Shown here piece by piece: positions 8,388 through 17,811 of a stretch of DNA of 32,000 nucleotides. A model generated the notes under the pieces. The model was not told the DNA's origin. It ran no database searches and saw nothing but the letters and a program-made list of their open reading frames with translations. The translations under genes and the position numbers were made by a program. Position 1 is the first letter of the stretch. The number at the start of each line of letters is the position of its first letter. Source of the DNA: an uncultured Chitinophagaceae bacterium (GTDB taxonomy: Bacteria; Bacteroidota; Ignavibacteria; UBA10030; UBA8401); NCBI GenBank assembly GCA_964361075.1, contig CAYHZL010000012.1, positions 3,300-35,299 of the forward strand, written 5' to 3'.

Positions 8388-9245
8388 TTATTCATTCAAC
8401 AACTTTTGTGCAATTGCTTTTACAGAAAGCGATGCCGACGAATGCGGTGCCGAAATAACAAACGGCTTTTGTTTTCGCACTGCCGTTGACACTTCCGGCG
8501 TACTCATGATATATCCTAAATAAGAAATCTGTTGATGAAGAAAATGATCTATCACCGATTGTAAATTACGAAATGTTTCGTCAGCTTCGCGCGGATTTTT
8601 TACCATATTGACAACAACATGAATCGCCGGCACTTGTCCGCGTGTACGGTGTTGAATTAATTTCATCATTGCGTACGCATCCATCACCGCAGTTGGTTCC
8701 GGCGTTGTTACAATAATCGTATCATCTGCACGCGTGGCATAAAACAATACTTCCTCCGTTAATCCTGCCGATGTATCGATAAAAACAATATCCGTTGACA
8801 ACTCTGCTGTATTCACAGATTCTAAAAATCTTTGCATCATCAACTCAGAAGATTCCGGATAATTTACTTTTCCCGAATCGCCGGCAATAATTTTCAATCC
8901 ATTGTACGAATCTATGAGCGCATCTTCAACAGCACATTCTCGTTTTAAAACATTGCTCAGCCGGTATTTCGGTGTTACACTCAACATCATTTCCACATTG
9001 CCAAGATTGGTATCGGCATCCACCAGCAATATATGTTTCTGTAATCCGGCAAGTACAATGCTCAGGTTCGATGCAAAACTTGTTTTGCCTACGCCGCCTT
9101 TGCCCGATGTAACAACAATGGTACGCGGCTTCGCAAGCGCCACAGAGCTTAGTTTATATTTCTCCGCAGCCAGCAGCCGTAATTGATGCGCTTGATCGTT
9201 TGTGTATTCAGGCATAGTGTATAGTGTTCGTACCGTTTCACCCAT
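8388..9245 (-). CDS. flhG: MinD/ParA-type ATPase FlhG (FleN/YlxH)
   Basis: Deviant Walker A SGKGGVGKT. N-terminal DQAHQLR activator motif. Immediately downstream of flhF, overlapping it by 8 nt. Confidence 0.88.
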   Translation of the reverse strand: MGETVRTLYTMPEYTNDQAHQLRLLAAEKYKLSSVALAKPRTIVVTSGKGGVGKTSFASNLSIVLAGLQKHILLVDADTNLGNVEMMLSVTPKYRLSNVLKRECAVEDALIDSYNGLKIIAGDSGKVNYPESSELMMQRFLESVNTAELSTDIVFIDTSAGLTEEVLFYATRADDTIIVTTPEPTAVMDAYAMMKLIQHRTRGQVPAIHVVVNMVKNPREADETFRNLQSVIDHFLHQQISYLGYIMSTPEVSTAVRKQKPFVISAPHSSASLSVKAIAQKLLNE

Positions 9246-10509
9246 GAACAGGTTCTCCGGAGTACATCATGTGTGCAATTGCATTGGCATCAGCAGCAAG
9301 AATATCATCCGGCACTTGCTGACCAAGCGTGAGATATGAAATCGGCGTCGGCGTTTCCACGGCAATATTTATAATATTACCGAATGCTGATGCTTCATCC
9401 AATTTACTAAAAATAAATCTGTTCGGTTTTAAAACTGCGAATCGTTTTACCACATCGCGCAGTGTGCGTAACGATGACGTTGTACTCAACACAAGATGTG
9501 TTTCATCCGGCTCTGCGGCGCGTAAAATTTTTTCAATTTGCTGAAGCTCTTTCGGATTGCGCTGGTTGCGTCCCGCAGTATCAATAAAAATAATATCTTT
9601 GGCTTTATGTTTCTTCAACAACAGCGGCATATCTTTCGGTTTATAGGCAACATCCATATCAATCGAAGCAATGGTTGCAAATGTTTGCAATTGATCTATT
9701 GCCGCGATGCGGTACGTATCGGCAGAGATTAATCCGACATCAAGTTTTTTAACCAACGAAAATATTGCCGATAATTTTGCAATGGTAGTCGTTTTGCCGA
9801 CGCCTGTCGGTCCGACAATCGCAATCACTTTTGTTTTTTTTCGTGTCGATTTTCCTTCTCCCGCAACAGGAATAATTGATGCCAGTGTGCGCAATGATTC
9901 ATCAATAATTTGCTGAGCGCTGTATCCTTGCGGCGCATCCATCAACGGCTGCAAAATACTCATTGCAATTTTTTCCGATACCTCTTGCGCCATCAATGCA
10001 TCATATACTTTTTTATAGTGCATCGGCAGCACAAGTCCTCGAGATGTTTTAAATTCGGACATCATTGCATGAAGTGTTTGCTTCAACTCGTCCATTTCCG
10101 CCTGCATTGCTTCAATTGCCATTGTCGAAGGAATTGGTTTCGATTCACGCTGCGATTGCTGCTGGCTTGTGTGCTGTGTGTTTGTTTGTATTGCTGCTGT
10201 ACGCTCGCGTTCAAAACTGTTTGAAAGTTTTTTTAATGCTTCGATAGCCGGGAGATCATTATCGTCATCATGCTGCGCAGAATTTCTTTGATATGCAAGC
10301 GCTGCTCCTTTTCGTGCCGCCGGAATTTGTTTTTTTACATCATCATCAATGGCGCCGGTAATTTCGTATTGTTGTTTTCCTGCGAGAGAAAAAATTCCTG
10401 TTGCGGGAACACTGCGCGTGTTCAACACGATGGCATTCTCCCCCAACTCTTGTTTCATTTTTTCGGTTGCTTCTTTCAACGATGATGCAACAAACTTTTT
10501 AATTCTCAT
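9238..10509 (-). CDS. flhF: SRP-type GTPase FlhF
   Basis: G-domain motifs GPTGVGKTTT and DTAGR. Position between flhA and flhG, with an ATGA overlap with flhA. Confidence 0.9.
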   Translation of the reverse strand: MRIKKFVASSLKEATEKMKQELGENAIVLNTRSVPATGIFSLAGKQQYEITGAIDDDVKKQIPAARKGAALAYQRNSAQHDDDNDLPAIEALKKLSNSFERERTAAIQTNTQHTSQQQSQRESKPIPSTMAIEAMQAEMDELKQTLHAMMSEFKTSRGLVLPMHYKKVYDALMAQEVSEKIAMSILQPLMDAPQGYSAQQIIDESLRTLASIIPVAGEGKSTRKKTKVIAIVGPTGVGKTTTIAKLSAIFSLVKKLDVGLISADTYRIAAIDQLQTFATIASIDMDVAYKPKDMPLLLKKHKAKDIIFIDTAGRNQRNPKELQQIEKILRAAEPDETHLVLSTTSSLRTLRDVVKRFAVLKPNRFIFSKLDEASAFGNIINIAVETPTPISYLTLGQQVPDDILAADANAIAHMMYSGEPVHG

Positions 10510-12569
10510 TTTTGCAGCTCCAACTGTGCAATAAATTCAATATCTGTATTCGGCGGAAGTTCAGTAAACGATACTACAACAATACTCGGAAATGCGGTTT
10601 TCAATAAGCGGTACAAGTATGGGCGAACCGTTGCCGCAACTACAAGAATCGGCTGGTAGCCGTAGCTTGTTGCCGCTTCCACTGCTGCCGATAAATTTTT
10701 GTTTATACTATTGATGATCATCGGCGAAAGCCCGAGCGATGTGGATGTTTCGCGATTTTTTTTCAGTGCATCAGAAATAACATCTTCCAACTCCGGGTCA
10801 ACTGAAATTGCGTGAATAATATTATTTGAATCTTGATATAACCGTGCAATCGTTTCGGAAAGCGAGTGGCGCACATATTCCGTCAGCACATCCACATTCT
10901 TTGTTACTTTCGCATAGTCAACAAGCGATTCGATAATCACTGCTAAATCGCGGATAGGAATTCCTTCGCGCAATAAATTCTGCAATACTTTTTGAATTGA
11001 ACCTGTCGGCAACAAATCATTTGTCAATTCTTCGATAACTGCAGGATAATCTTTCTTCAAGTTGTCGAGCAGTTGTTTGGTATCTTGTCTGCCAAGAATT
11101 TTATCTGCGTTGCGTTTTAATTCTTCCTGCAAATGTGTGGAAAGAACCGCCACCGGTTCAACGACGGTGTATCCTTGAATTTCTGCATGTTCGCGTTCCG
11201 AACTTCCCACCCACACTGCAGAATGTCCGAATGCCGGATCTTTTGTTGCAAGACCTTCCAACTCGCCTGTTGCCAATCCGGAATTCATTGCAAGATACAT
11301 ATCGGTGTACAATTCTTCTGTTGAAATAGTGTTGCCGCGAATTTTTAACACGTACTGATTCGGCTGCAATTGTAAATTGTCGCGCACGCGAATTGGCGGA
11401 ACAAGAATACCGAGATCGAGCGCAAGCTGCTTGCGAATGTTTGAGATACGTTTGAATAAATCACCGCCCTGCGATTCATCCACAAGCGGAATTAATCCAT
11501 AACCAATTTCAAGTTCAAGCGGATCGACATGCAAATATTTCTCAACTTTTTCTTCCACTTGTTCGATAGGTTTATTTTCAGCGATTGCTTTCGTTTCCCG
11601 TTCGGTTTCTGCTTGCTGTTTACTATTGACAAATCCGATACCACCCATCAATCCTGAAAGCATCAGGAAAGGAACAGCCGGCATTCCCGGCACTATTGCG
11701 AAAAAGAACAATGCGCCGGAAGCAATCATCAACACTTTCGGCTTGCCCAATAATTGCGTACGAAGTTCAACATCAAGTTGATTGCCCGAACCGCTGCGCG
11801 TTACCACCATACCGGCAGCAACTGAAATAATGAGCGCAGGAATTTGCGAAACCAAACCATCACCAATTGTAAGCAATGTATAATGTGCCAGCGCATCTGT
11901 AAAAGACATTCCGCGCTGCGCAACGCCGATAATAAATCCGGCTAGCACATTCACAACATTGATAATCAATCCAGCAATAGCATCACCTTTTACAAACTTG
12001 CTTGCACCATCCATCGAACCATAAAATTCCGCTTCACGCGAAATTGTTTCGCGGCGCGCACGCGCCTGATCTTCGTTAATTAAACCGGCATTTAAATCTG
12101 CATCAATTGCCATTTGCTTGCCGGGCATTGCATCCAACGTAAAGCGTGCGCCAACTTCTGAAATTCTGCCGGAACCTTTTACTATAACTATAAATTGAAT
12201 TACGTTAAGAATAATAAAAATGATAAATCCGACAACATAGTTTCCGCCGACAACAAAGGCGCCGAATGCCTGCACCACTTCGCCCGCATATCCTTCACCG
12301 AGAATAAGACGCGTTGTTGCAACATTCAGCGAAAGACGAAACAGTGTAAGAATAAGAAGCAGACTTGGAAACACTGAAAGCTCCAATGGGTTGCGAAGAT
12401 ACATCGAAACCATCAGCAATAAAATTGCTATGGTAATATTCAAAGAAAGGAGAACATCCAGCAGCATCGGCGGCAGCGGAACAATCATCACTCCGAGAAT
12501 CGCCATCACACCAATCGCGAGAAACACATCGCCGTTTTTAGAAAGCTTATGTAAGAAAGATTCGTTCAT
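10506..12569 (-). CDS. flhA: Flagellar export apparatus protein FlhA
   Basis: 687 aa with strong family-typical sequence (FPSLLLILTLFRLSLNVATTRLIL; KFVKGDAIAG). Confidence 0.96.
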   Translation of the reverse strand: MNESFLHKLSKNGDVFLAIGVMAILGVMIVPLPPMLLDVLLSLNITIAILLLMVSMYLRNPLELSVFPSLLLILTLFRLSLNVATTRLILGEGYAGEVVQAFGAFVVGGNYVVGFIIFIILNVIQFIVIVKGSGRISEVGARFTLDAMPGKQMAIDADLNAGLINEDQARARRETISREAEFYGSMDGASKFVKGDAIAGLIINVVNVLAGFIIGVAQRGMSFTDALAHYTLLTIGDGLVSQIPALIISVAAGMVVTRSGSGNQLDVELRTQLLGKPKVLMIASGALFFFAIVPGMPAVPFLMLSGLMGGIGFVNSKQQAETERETKAIAENKPIEQVEEKVEKYLHVDPLELEIGYGLIPLVDESQGGDLFKRISNIRKQLALDLGILVPPIRVRDNLQLQPNQYVLKIRGNTISTEELYTDMYLAMNSGLATGELEGLATKDPAFGHSAVWVGSSEREHAEIQGYTVVEPVAVLSTHLQEELKRNADKILGRQDTKQLLDNLKKDYPAVIEELTNDLLPTGSIQKVLQNLLREGIPIRDLAVIIESLVDYAKVTKNVDVLTEYVRHSLSETIARLYQDSNNIIHAISVDPELEDVISDALKKNRETSTSLGLSPMIINSINKNLSAAVEAATSYGYQPILVVAATVRPYLYRLLKTAFPSIVVVSFTELPPNTDIEFIAQLELQK

Positions 12570-12603
12570 AGTATTTTTTTGTTATCACTCCGGCACACAG
12601 TAT

Positions 12604-12714
12604 GACTTCTCTAAAAACCTTCAAGGTTTATCTTGTCCAAATTTTGTGATGTTACAATTTTATAGCACATTGCAAAAACTAAAACCTTGAAGGTTTCGTA
12701 ACTAATTTTTAGAG
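12604..12714. repeat. Palindromic element D (same family as C) between flhB and flhA
   Basis: Termini ctctaaaaa (12609-12617) / tttttagag (12706-12714). Boxes aaaccttcaaggttt (12615-12629) and aaaccttgaaggttt (12682-12696). About 40 nt at each end match the reverse complement of C. Confidence 0.8.
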
Positions 12715-12721
12715 TTACCTA

Positions 12722-13789
12722 TTATTGTTTTCTGTTTTTCATTTGATAAATGTACGCTAAAATTTGTGCTACCGCTTTGAACAAATCTCCCGGAATTTGT
12801 TCGCCTATTTCTACTGCTTTGTATAACGCTCGTGCTAACGGTTTATCTTCAACAACAGGCACGCTGTGTTCCAACGCGATTTCCTTAATTTTTTTTGCAA
12901 TCAAATCAGCGCCCTTCGCCACCACTGTCGGTGCAGTCATGTTTTCTTGGTCGTACTGTAATGCAACAGCAAAGTGAGTTGGGTTGGTAATAATAACATC
13001 AGCTTTCGGTACTTCCTGCATCATACGTTTGCGCGACATTTGCAGTTGCAAATTTCTGATATGTCCTTTTATCTTCGGATCGCCTTCTGCCATTTTATTT
13101 TCTTCTTTTACTTCCTCTTTCGTCATCATTTGTTCTTTATTGAAATCGAACCGTTGGTACATATAATCAAGTGCTGCAATAACAATGTATGCAATCGCAA
13201 TTTTTATGCTGACAGAAAAACCGGACCGCATGATAAATGTAAAGATTGCTGTCGGATCGCTGTCCATTAACACAACGGCATCTTCAATAAGTTTTTCGAT
13301 TGCAGAATATGCAATCACACCAACGATAGCTAACTTTACCAAACCTTTTAATAACTCTACAAATGACCGCTGTGAAAAAAACATTTTCTTTATTCCATTA
13401 AGCGGATTGATCTTTTTGAAATTTGGTTCAATAGCTTCCCACGAAAATGTAAATCCGACTTGCATAACATTAACAGCAACACCAAGAATCAGCATCACTG
13501 CCAAGATTGGGAAGAGAATGGAGCTGAGTGAAAATAACGCTAACGTAATATAATGATGGATAGATTCGCTTGTAATGTGAATGGTGTGTGCGGAACGCAA
13601 CACCACTATTGTGAGAGACGAAATTTGCCGCAGCAGTACTGTACCGCCGATTGTAATGGTAAGCAGACCAAACAAAAGAATAACAGCAGAGTTTACTTCT
13701 ATACTCTTTGCTACTTGTCCTTTTTGCCGTGCGTCGCTTAGTTTCTTTCCCGACGCCTGCTCAGTTTTTTCTCCAGCATCGTCTGCCAT
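12722..13789 (-). CDS. flhB: Flagellar export switch protein FlhB
   Basis: NPTH autocleavage motif (ITNPTHFAVAL) and four N-terminal TM segments. Confidence 0.95.
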   Translation of the reverse strand: MADDAGEKTEQASGKKLSDARQKGQVAKSIEVNSAVILLFGLLTITIGGTVLLRQISSLTIVVLRSAHTIHITSESIHHYITLALFSLSSILFPILAVMLILGVAVNVMQVGFTFSWEAIEPNFKKINPLNGIKKMFFSQRSFVELLKGLVKLAIVGVIAYSAIEKLIEDAVVLMDSDPTAIFTFIMRSGFSVSIKIAIAYIVIAALDYMYQRFDFNKEQMMTKEEVKEENKMAEGDPKIKGHIRNLQLQMSRKRMMQEVPKADVIITNPTHFAVALQYDQENMTAPTVVAKGADLIAKKIKEIALEHSVPVVEDKPLARALYKAVEIGEQIPGDLFKAVAQILAYIYQMKNRKQ

Positions 13790-14598
13790 TATGATCTCAT
13801 CAACTGCAAGAGCGTAAATGTTTCTCCTTCAAATTGCGACAGGAGTTTTTTCAAAATAAAAACATACATCGGAATACACGCAGTAAAAATAAAAAGCCCG
13901 ACCGCAATGTTAAGCCCCATGCTGATAACAAAAACCTGCATCTGAGGAACAACCCGCGATAATATTCCTAATCCAATTGTTGTCAAAAAAATTGCAGCGG
14001 TAATTGGGACTGAAATTTTTAATGCGATAATAAATACTGCACCGGTTAATTTTACAACGTGCAAAAGAAAATTATCTGAAAAAAACGGATTGAATGAAGC
14101 AACAGGAATAATATCGAAACTTGATTTCAGCGCTTCTATGAGAAATAATTGTCCGTCCATAACAATAAATAAAAGAATGGCGACAATATATAAAAACTCG
14201 CCAATCACAGGCACTTGATCATTAAATTCCGGATTAAAAATACTTGCCATCGTCAATCCCATATCCGTGCCGATGAGATAACCGCCGAAGCGCACGCCAT
14301 AAAACACGATTGAAATACCAAAGCCAATCATAATACCGACGAGAATTTCTTTCATCACATTGAGTAGCAGCGAGCCGAGCGTGAGCGCGCCGTTAACATT
14401 TACAAATTGCGTTGAACCGCTTGCTGTAAAAAGTATGTACGCAAGAAAAATACTGATGCCAATTTTCACAGTGTTCGGCACTGATTCGTGAGAGAGCAAC
14501 GGTGCAAAAGCAACCATCGCCAGTATGCGAACCAGAATAAACAAAAAGGTGATAAATTGTGAGATGTAAAATTCCATTTTGGTATTAAAAGCGGACAA
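13789..14598 (-). CDS. fliR: Flagellar export protein FliR
   Basis: Polytopic membrane protein of FliR size, located between fliQ and flhB. Confidence 0.9.
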   Translation of the reverse strand: MSAFNTKMEFYISQFITFLFILVRILAMVAFAPLLSHESVPNTVKIGISIFLAYILFTASGSTQFVNVNGALTLGSLLLNVMKEILVGIMIGFGISIVFYGVRFGGYLIGTDMGLTMASIFNPEFNDQVPVIGEFLYIVAILLFIVMDGQLFLIEALKSSFDIIPVASFNPFFSDNFLLHVVKLTGAVFIIALKISVPITAAIFLTTIGLGILSRVVPQMQVFVISMGLNIAVGLFIFTACIPMYVFILKKLLSQFEGETFTLLQLMRS

Positions 14599-14610
14599 GT
14601 TTTTACAACA

Positions 14611-14880
14611 TTACTTAATAATGTTCGGAATCTGGTTAAACAAATTTACTGTAAATGCAACGGTTATATCAATCATCCACGGAAGTAATAACACTAACAG
14701 CAGTGCAACCACAAATGCTTTCGGAACAAACGTCAGCGTCATTTCTTGAATTGATGTTGCCGCTTGAAAAATTGAAATAAGAAGTCCGAGCACCATGCCC
14801 ACCACAAGTACCGGACCGGCGAGCAACAGAATTGTATAAAATGCTTCTCGAATAATATTCACAACAAATGTTTCCGACAT
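14611..14880 (-). CDS. fliQ: Flagellar export protein FliQ
   Basis: 89-aa two-TM protein with family-typical sequence and position. Confidence 0.92.
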   Translation of the reverse strand: MSETFVVNIIREAFYTILLLAGPVLVVGMVLGLLISIFQAATSIQEMTLTFVPKAFVVALLLVLLLPWMIDITVAFTVNLFNQIPNIIK

Positions 14881-14925
14881 AGTGTTTTCCTTCGTAACTA
14901 CTCACCAAAAAAAATTAAGCCACAG

Positions 14926-15112
14926 AAGGGCATCTCTAAAAACATCGTCGTCATTGCGAGGGAGCGAAGCGACCGAAGTTCCGAAGGAATCCCTTCGGGA
15001 CAATCTTTCAATTAAAAAGAAAAAACGAGATTGTGCCGAAGGCATTCCGTTGGAACTTCGCCAAAGAACGGCTCGCAATGACAATTTTTTTTAGGTTTTT
15101 AGAGATGCCCTT
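14926..15112. repeat. MITE-like element E with a perfect 18-bp terminal inverted repeat, between fliP and fliQ
   Basis: aagggcatctctaaaaac (14926-14943) / gtttttagagatgccctt (15095-15112). Nested repeat gtcattgcgag (14950-14960) / ctcgcaatgac (15072-15082). Perfect hairpin tccgaagg-aatc-ccttcgga (14980-14999). Confidence 0.85.
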
Positions 15113-15117
15113 TCCTT

Positions 15118-15879
15118 CTAACCAAAACTTTGCATCAACGAACCGATGAGCAAGTTCCAACCATCAACTAAAATGAATAATAATATTTTGAACGGCAGCG
15201 AGATCATCATCGGCGGCAACATCATCATACCCATCGACATCAGGATTGTGCTGACAACAACATCAATAATGAGGAACGGAATAAAAATGACAAATCCAAT
15301 AATGAAGCCTGCGCGTAATTCACTTATTGCATACGCGGGAACCAGCACAAGCGTCGGTATATCGTCACGTTTTTCAGGACGCTCGATGTTTGCAAGTTTC
15401 ACAAACAACGCCAAATCTTTTTCGCGCGTTTGCCGAAACATAAACTGTCGAATTGGTTCGATCCCTTTGTAGTAGGCAACATCTTGCTGTAATTTTCCAT
15501 TGAGATACGGCTGCAATGCTTCAGTATTTACTTTGTTCCATGTCGGCGCCATGATGAAAAAAGTTAAGAACATTGCAAGCCCTATAATTATCTGGCTCGG
15601 CGGCATTTGTGCAGTACCAAGCGCTTGTTTCAAAAAATGAAAAACAATGATGATGCGTGTGAACGCAGTCGTCATAATCATTAATGCAGGTGCAAGTGAA
15701 AGCACTGTCATCAATGCGAGAATTTGCAATGTCGTTGAAACATCGCGCGGATTGGATGAACGTCCAACATCAACTGCAATTTTTGGAAGTACAATGGGCT
15801 GTTGTGCGAACAATGTTTCTGAACTGCAAACGATAAGTAAAAAAAGAAATGAAAGGGGTACTAATTTTTGACATTTCAT
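15118..15879 (-). CDS. fliP: Flagellar export protein FliP
   Basis: Signal-like N-terminus and a conserved FliP core (TLQILALMTVLSLAPALMIMTTAFTRIIIVF). Confidence 0.95.
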   Translation of the reverse strand: MKCQKLVPLSFLFLLIVCSSETLFAQQPIVLPKIAVDVGRSSNPRDVSTTLQILALMTVLSLAPALMIMTTAFTRIIIVFHFLKQALGTAQMPPSQIIIGLAMFLTFFIMAPTWNKVNTEALQPYLNGKLQQDVAYYKGIEPIRQFMFRQTREKDLALFVKLANIERPEKRDDIPTLVLVPAYAISELRAGFIIGFVIFIPFLIIDVVVSTILMSMGMMMLPPMMISLPFKILLFILVDGWNLLIGSLMQSFG

Positions 15880-16343
15880 GGTTGCGATTTTTTACGGGAT
15901 TTATAAAGCGTTTGACGTACAATGTGTTCCTCGTCGTACTTTTCAATTGGGTTCACCGGTACAACAGTGCGCAAAGGTTGTGATGGTTTTCCCTTCGAAG
16001 CAAATCCGAGTTGTTCCGTGAACAGAGAGAAAAAAGAACGGACGTTTGCGCTTTGTTTTTCTTTTTGTATTTCATTCTGCACAAGCGTACCGGTTGGCAT
16101 TTCAGAAAGCGTAGTGATTGAGTGATCGGTAACGCCAACCAACAGTATTTTATTCTCAACCTGAATTGCATACACCGCACGTTTCGGCTGCAAATGCAGC
16201 GTGCCAATAATATTCATTGCAAGGCGCGTATCGCCTGCCGGTTTTCCAAACGAAGAAAACTTTTTCAACGCCCACAGCGTTCCGCCAATTAAACCAACAA
16301 CAAGAAGCAGCGAAAACAATGCTTTAATCCAGAGCCATTCCAT
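15876..16343 (-). CDS. fliO: Flagellar biosynthesis protein FliO/FliZ
   Basis: Single N-terminal TM segment. Lies between fliN and fliP, with an ATGA overlap with fliP. Confidence 0.75.
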   Translation of the reverse strand: MEWLWIKALFSLLLVVGLIGGTLWALKKFSSFGKPAGDTRLAMNIIGTLHLQPKRAVYAIQVENKILLVGVTDHSITTLSEMPTGTLVQNEIQKEKQSANVRSFFSLFTEQLGFASKGKPSQPLRTVVPVNPIEKYDEEHIVRQTLYKSRKKSQP

Positions 16344-16780
16344 TATTTTTTTAATCCTTTTATTCTGTCCGCAGGGTCAATAAGTGTGGTAATACGGATA
16401 CCAAAATGTTTATCAATAACAACCACTTCACCTTCTGCCATTTTTTTTCCGTTGATGAGAATATCTACCGGTTCGCTGGCAAGTTTTTCAAACTCGATAA
16501 TTGAGCCGCGCTCTAATTCCAAAATATCGCGGATATACATTTGTCGTCTGCCAAGCTCAATAGAAATGGAAAGTTGAATATCATACAACATATCGAGTTT
16601 GCGGTCATTCTTTTCGCCGCTTGAAGTGCCATCTTGTTCAAACGATTCAAATTCTGCTTTATCGGGCGATTTAGCAGGGGCTGCAGAAGCTGCTGCCGTC
16701 ATCTCTTCTTCTTGCTGAAGCATCATCGCTTCAATTTCAGCTTCACTCATTTTGGTTGTATCTACTGCACTGTCTGCCAT
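16343..16780 (-). CDS. fliN: Flagellar motor switch protein FliN
   Basis: C-terminal SpoA domain (VDILINGKKMAEGEVVVIDKHFGIRITTLI). Confidence 0.92.
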   Translation of the reverse strand: MADSAVDTTKMSEAEIEAMMLQQEEEMTAAASAAPAKSPDKAEFESFEQDGTSSGEKNDRKLDMLYDIQLSISIELGRRQMYIRDILELERGSIIEFEKLASEPVDILINGKKMAEGEVVVIDKHFGIRITTLIDPADRIKGLKK

Positions 16781-16783
16781 AAT

Positions 16784-17791
16784 TTATGCCTCTTTTAATT
16801 TTTCTGAAGTATTGAACTCTCTTGTAATTTTTACGGCGCGCATATTTTCAAAAACTCCCGGCGTTCCGTAATATTTTTTTTGTCCGCCAACATACACCAA
16901 ACATTCCGCATTGGATCGTTGGTCTAAACGAATAACATCGCCAATAGAAAGATCCAATAATTCTTTGAGAGAAACGTCGGCGCCTCCTAATTCTGTTGTA
17001 ACCATGGTTTCTGTAATGCCAACATAGCGTTGTAAAATTTGTGGAGTTGTGGGATCTTTTTTTCTGTTTGCGTTTGATGTGCCAACATGCTGTGCATTTA
17101 ATTTTGAAAGAACATCTTCTAATGCAAATGTCGGGTAACACAGATTCATCATATATTGCTGATTGCCAATAGAAATTTCTAACGACACGACAAGCACAAT
17201 TTCGCTTCCCGATGTTACTTGCACAAAATCTGCTTCGCTTTCATAGCGATCGTATGTGAATGTGAGATTTGCAATCGTATGCCATACTTTATGAAGATCA
17301 ACAAAAACTCGCTGCATAATTCCACGAACAACATTTTGTTCGATTTGTGTAATTTGCCGGGTTTTTTTTGTTGCATCGCCATTGCCGCCGAGCAATCGTT
17401 CGACAAGTGCAAACACTAATTGCGGGTTCAACTCAATAACACCAAGTCCATCAGATTCTTCAATTCTGAAAATATACAAACTGCTCGGATTGCTGATGGA
17501 GAGAACAAATTCGGAATAGAATAATTGATCAACCGATGTAACACTGATGTTCACCAACGTTTGAAGTTTGGTAACTAAAAAAGAGGAAAATGATTCGCTG
17601 AAATTTTCATGAATGGTCTGCAACGTGCGAATTTGATTTTTCGATATACGGTTCGGTAAACGGAAATCAAATGTTACTGCTTCACGCTCACGTGACTCGC
17701 GTTCTTTCAACACATCTTCGACAGCACCACCACCGGTACTAATACCTGCAAGGAGACTATCTATTTCAGACTGGGAAAGTAATTCAGCCAC
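16784..17791 (-). CDS. fliM: Flagellar motor switch protein FliM
   Basis: N-terminal CheY-P binding motif LSQSEIDSLL, with FliM middle and SpoA-like C-terminal domains. Confidence 0.95.
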   Translation of the reverse strand: MAELLSQSEIDSLLAGISTGGGAVEDVLKERESREREAVTFDFRLPNRISKNQIRTLQTIHENFSESFSSFLVTKLQTLVNISVTSVDQLFYSEFVLSISNPSSLYIFRIEESDGLGVIELNPQLVFALVERLLGGNGDATKKTRQITQIEQNVVRGIMQRVFVDLHKVWHTIANLTFTYDRYESEADFVQVTSGSEIVLVVSLEISIGNQQYMMNLCYPTFALEDVLSKLNAQHVGTSNANRKKDPTTPQILQRYVGITETMVTTELGGADVSLKELLDLSIGDVIRLDQRSNAECLVYVGGQKKYYGTPGVFENMRAVKITREFNTSEKLKEA

Positions 17792-17811
17792 AACAGTAAT
17801 CCTTCTTTAAA

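Noticed and set aside
16190-16206. TGGCAC..TTGCA on the minus strand, inside fliO.
   Set aside because: The GG to GC spacing is 2 nt too long for a sigma-54 promoter, and the site is intragenic.
17268-17287. TGGCAT-N4-TTGCAA on the minus strand, inside fliM.
   Set aside because: The spacing is 1 nt too short. Sigma-54 spacing is essentially invariant, and the site lies in the middle of a coding region.
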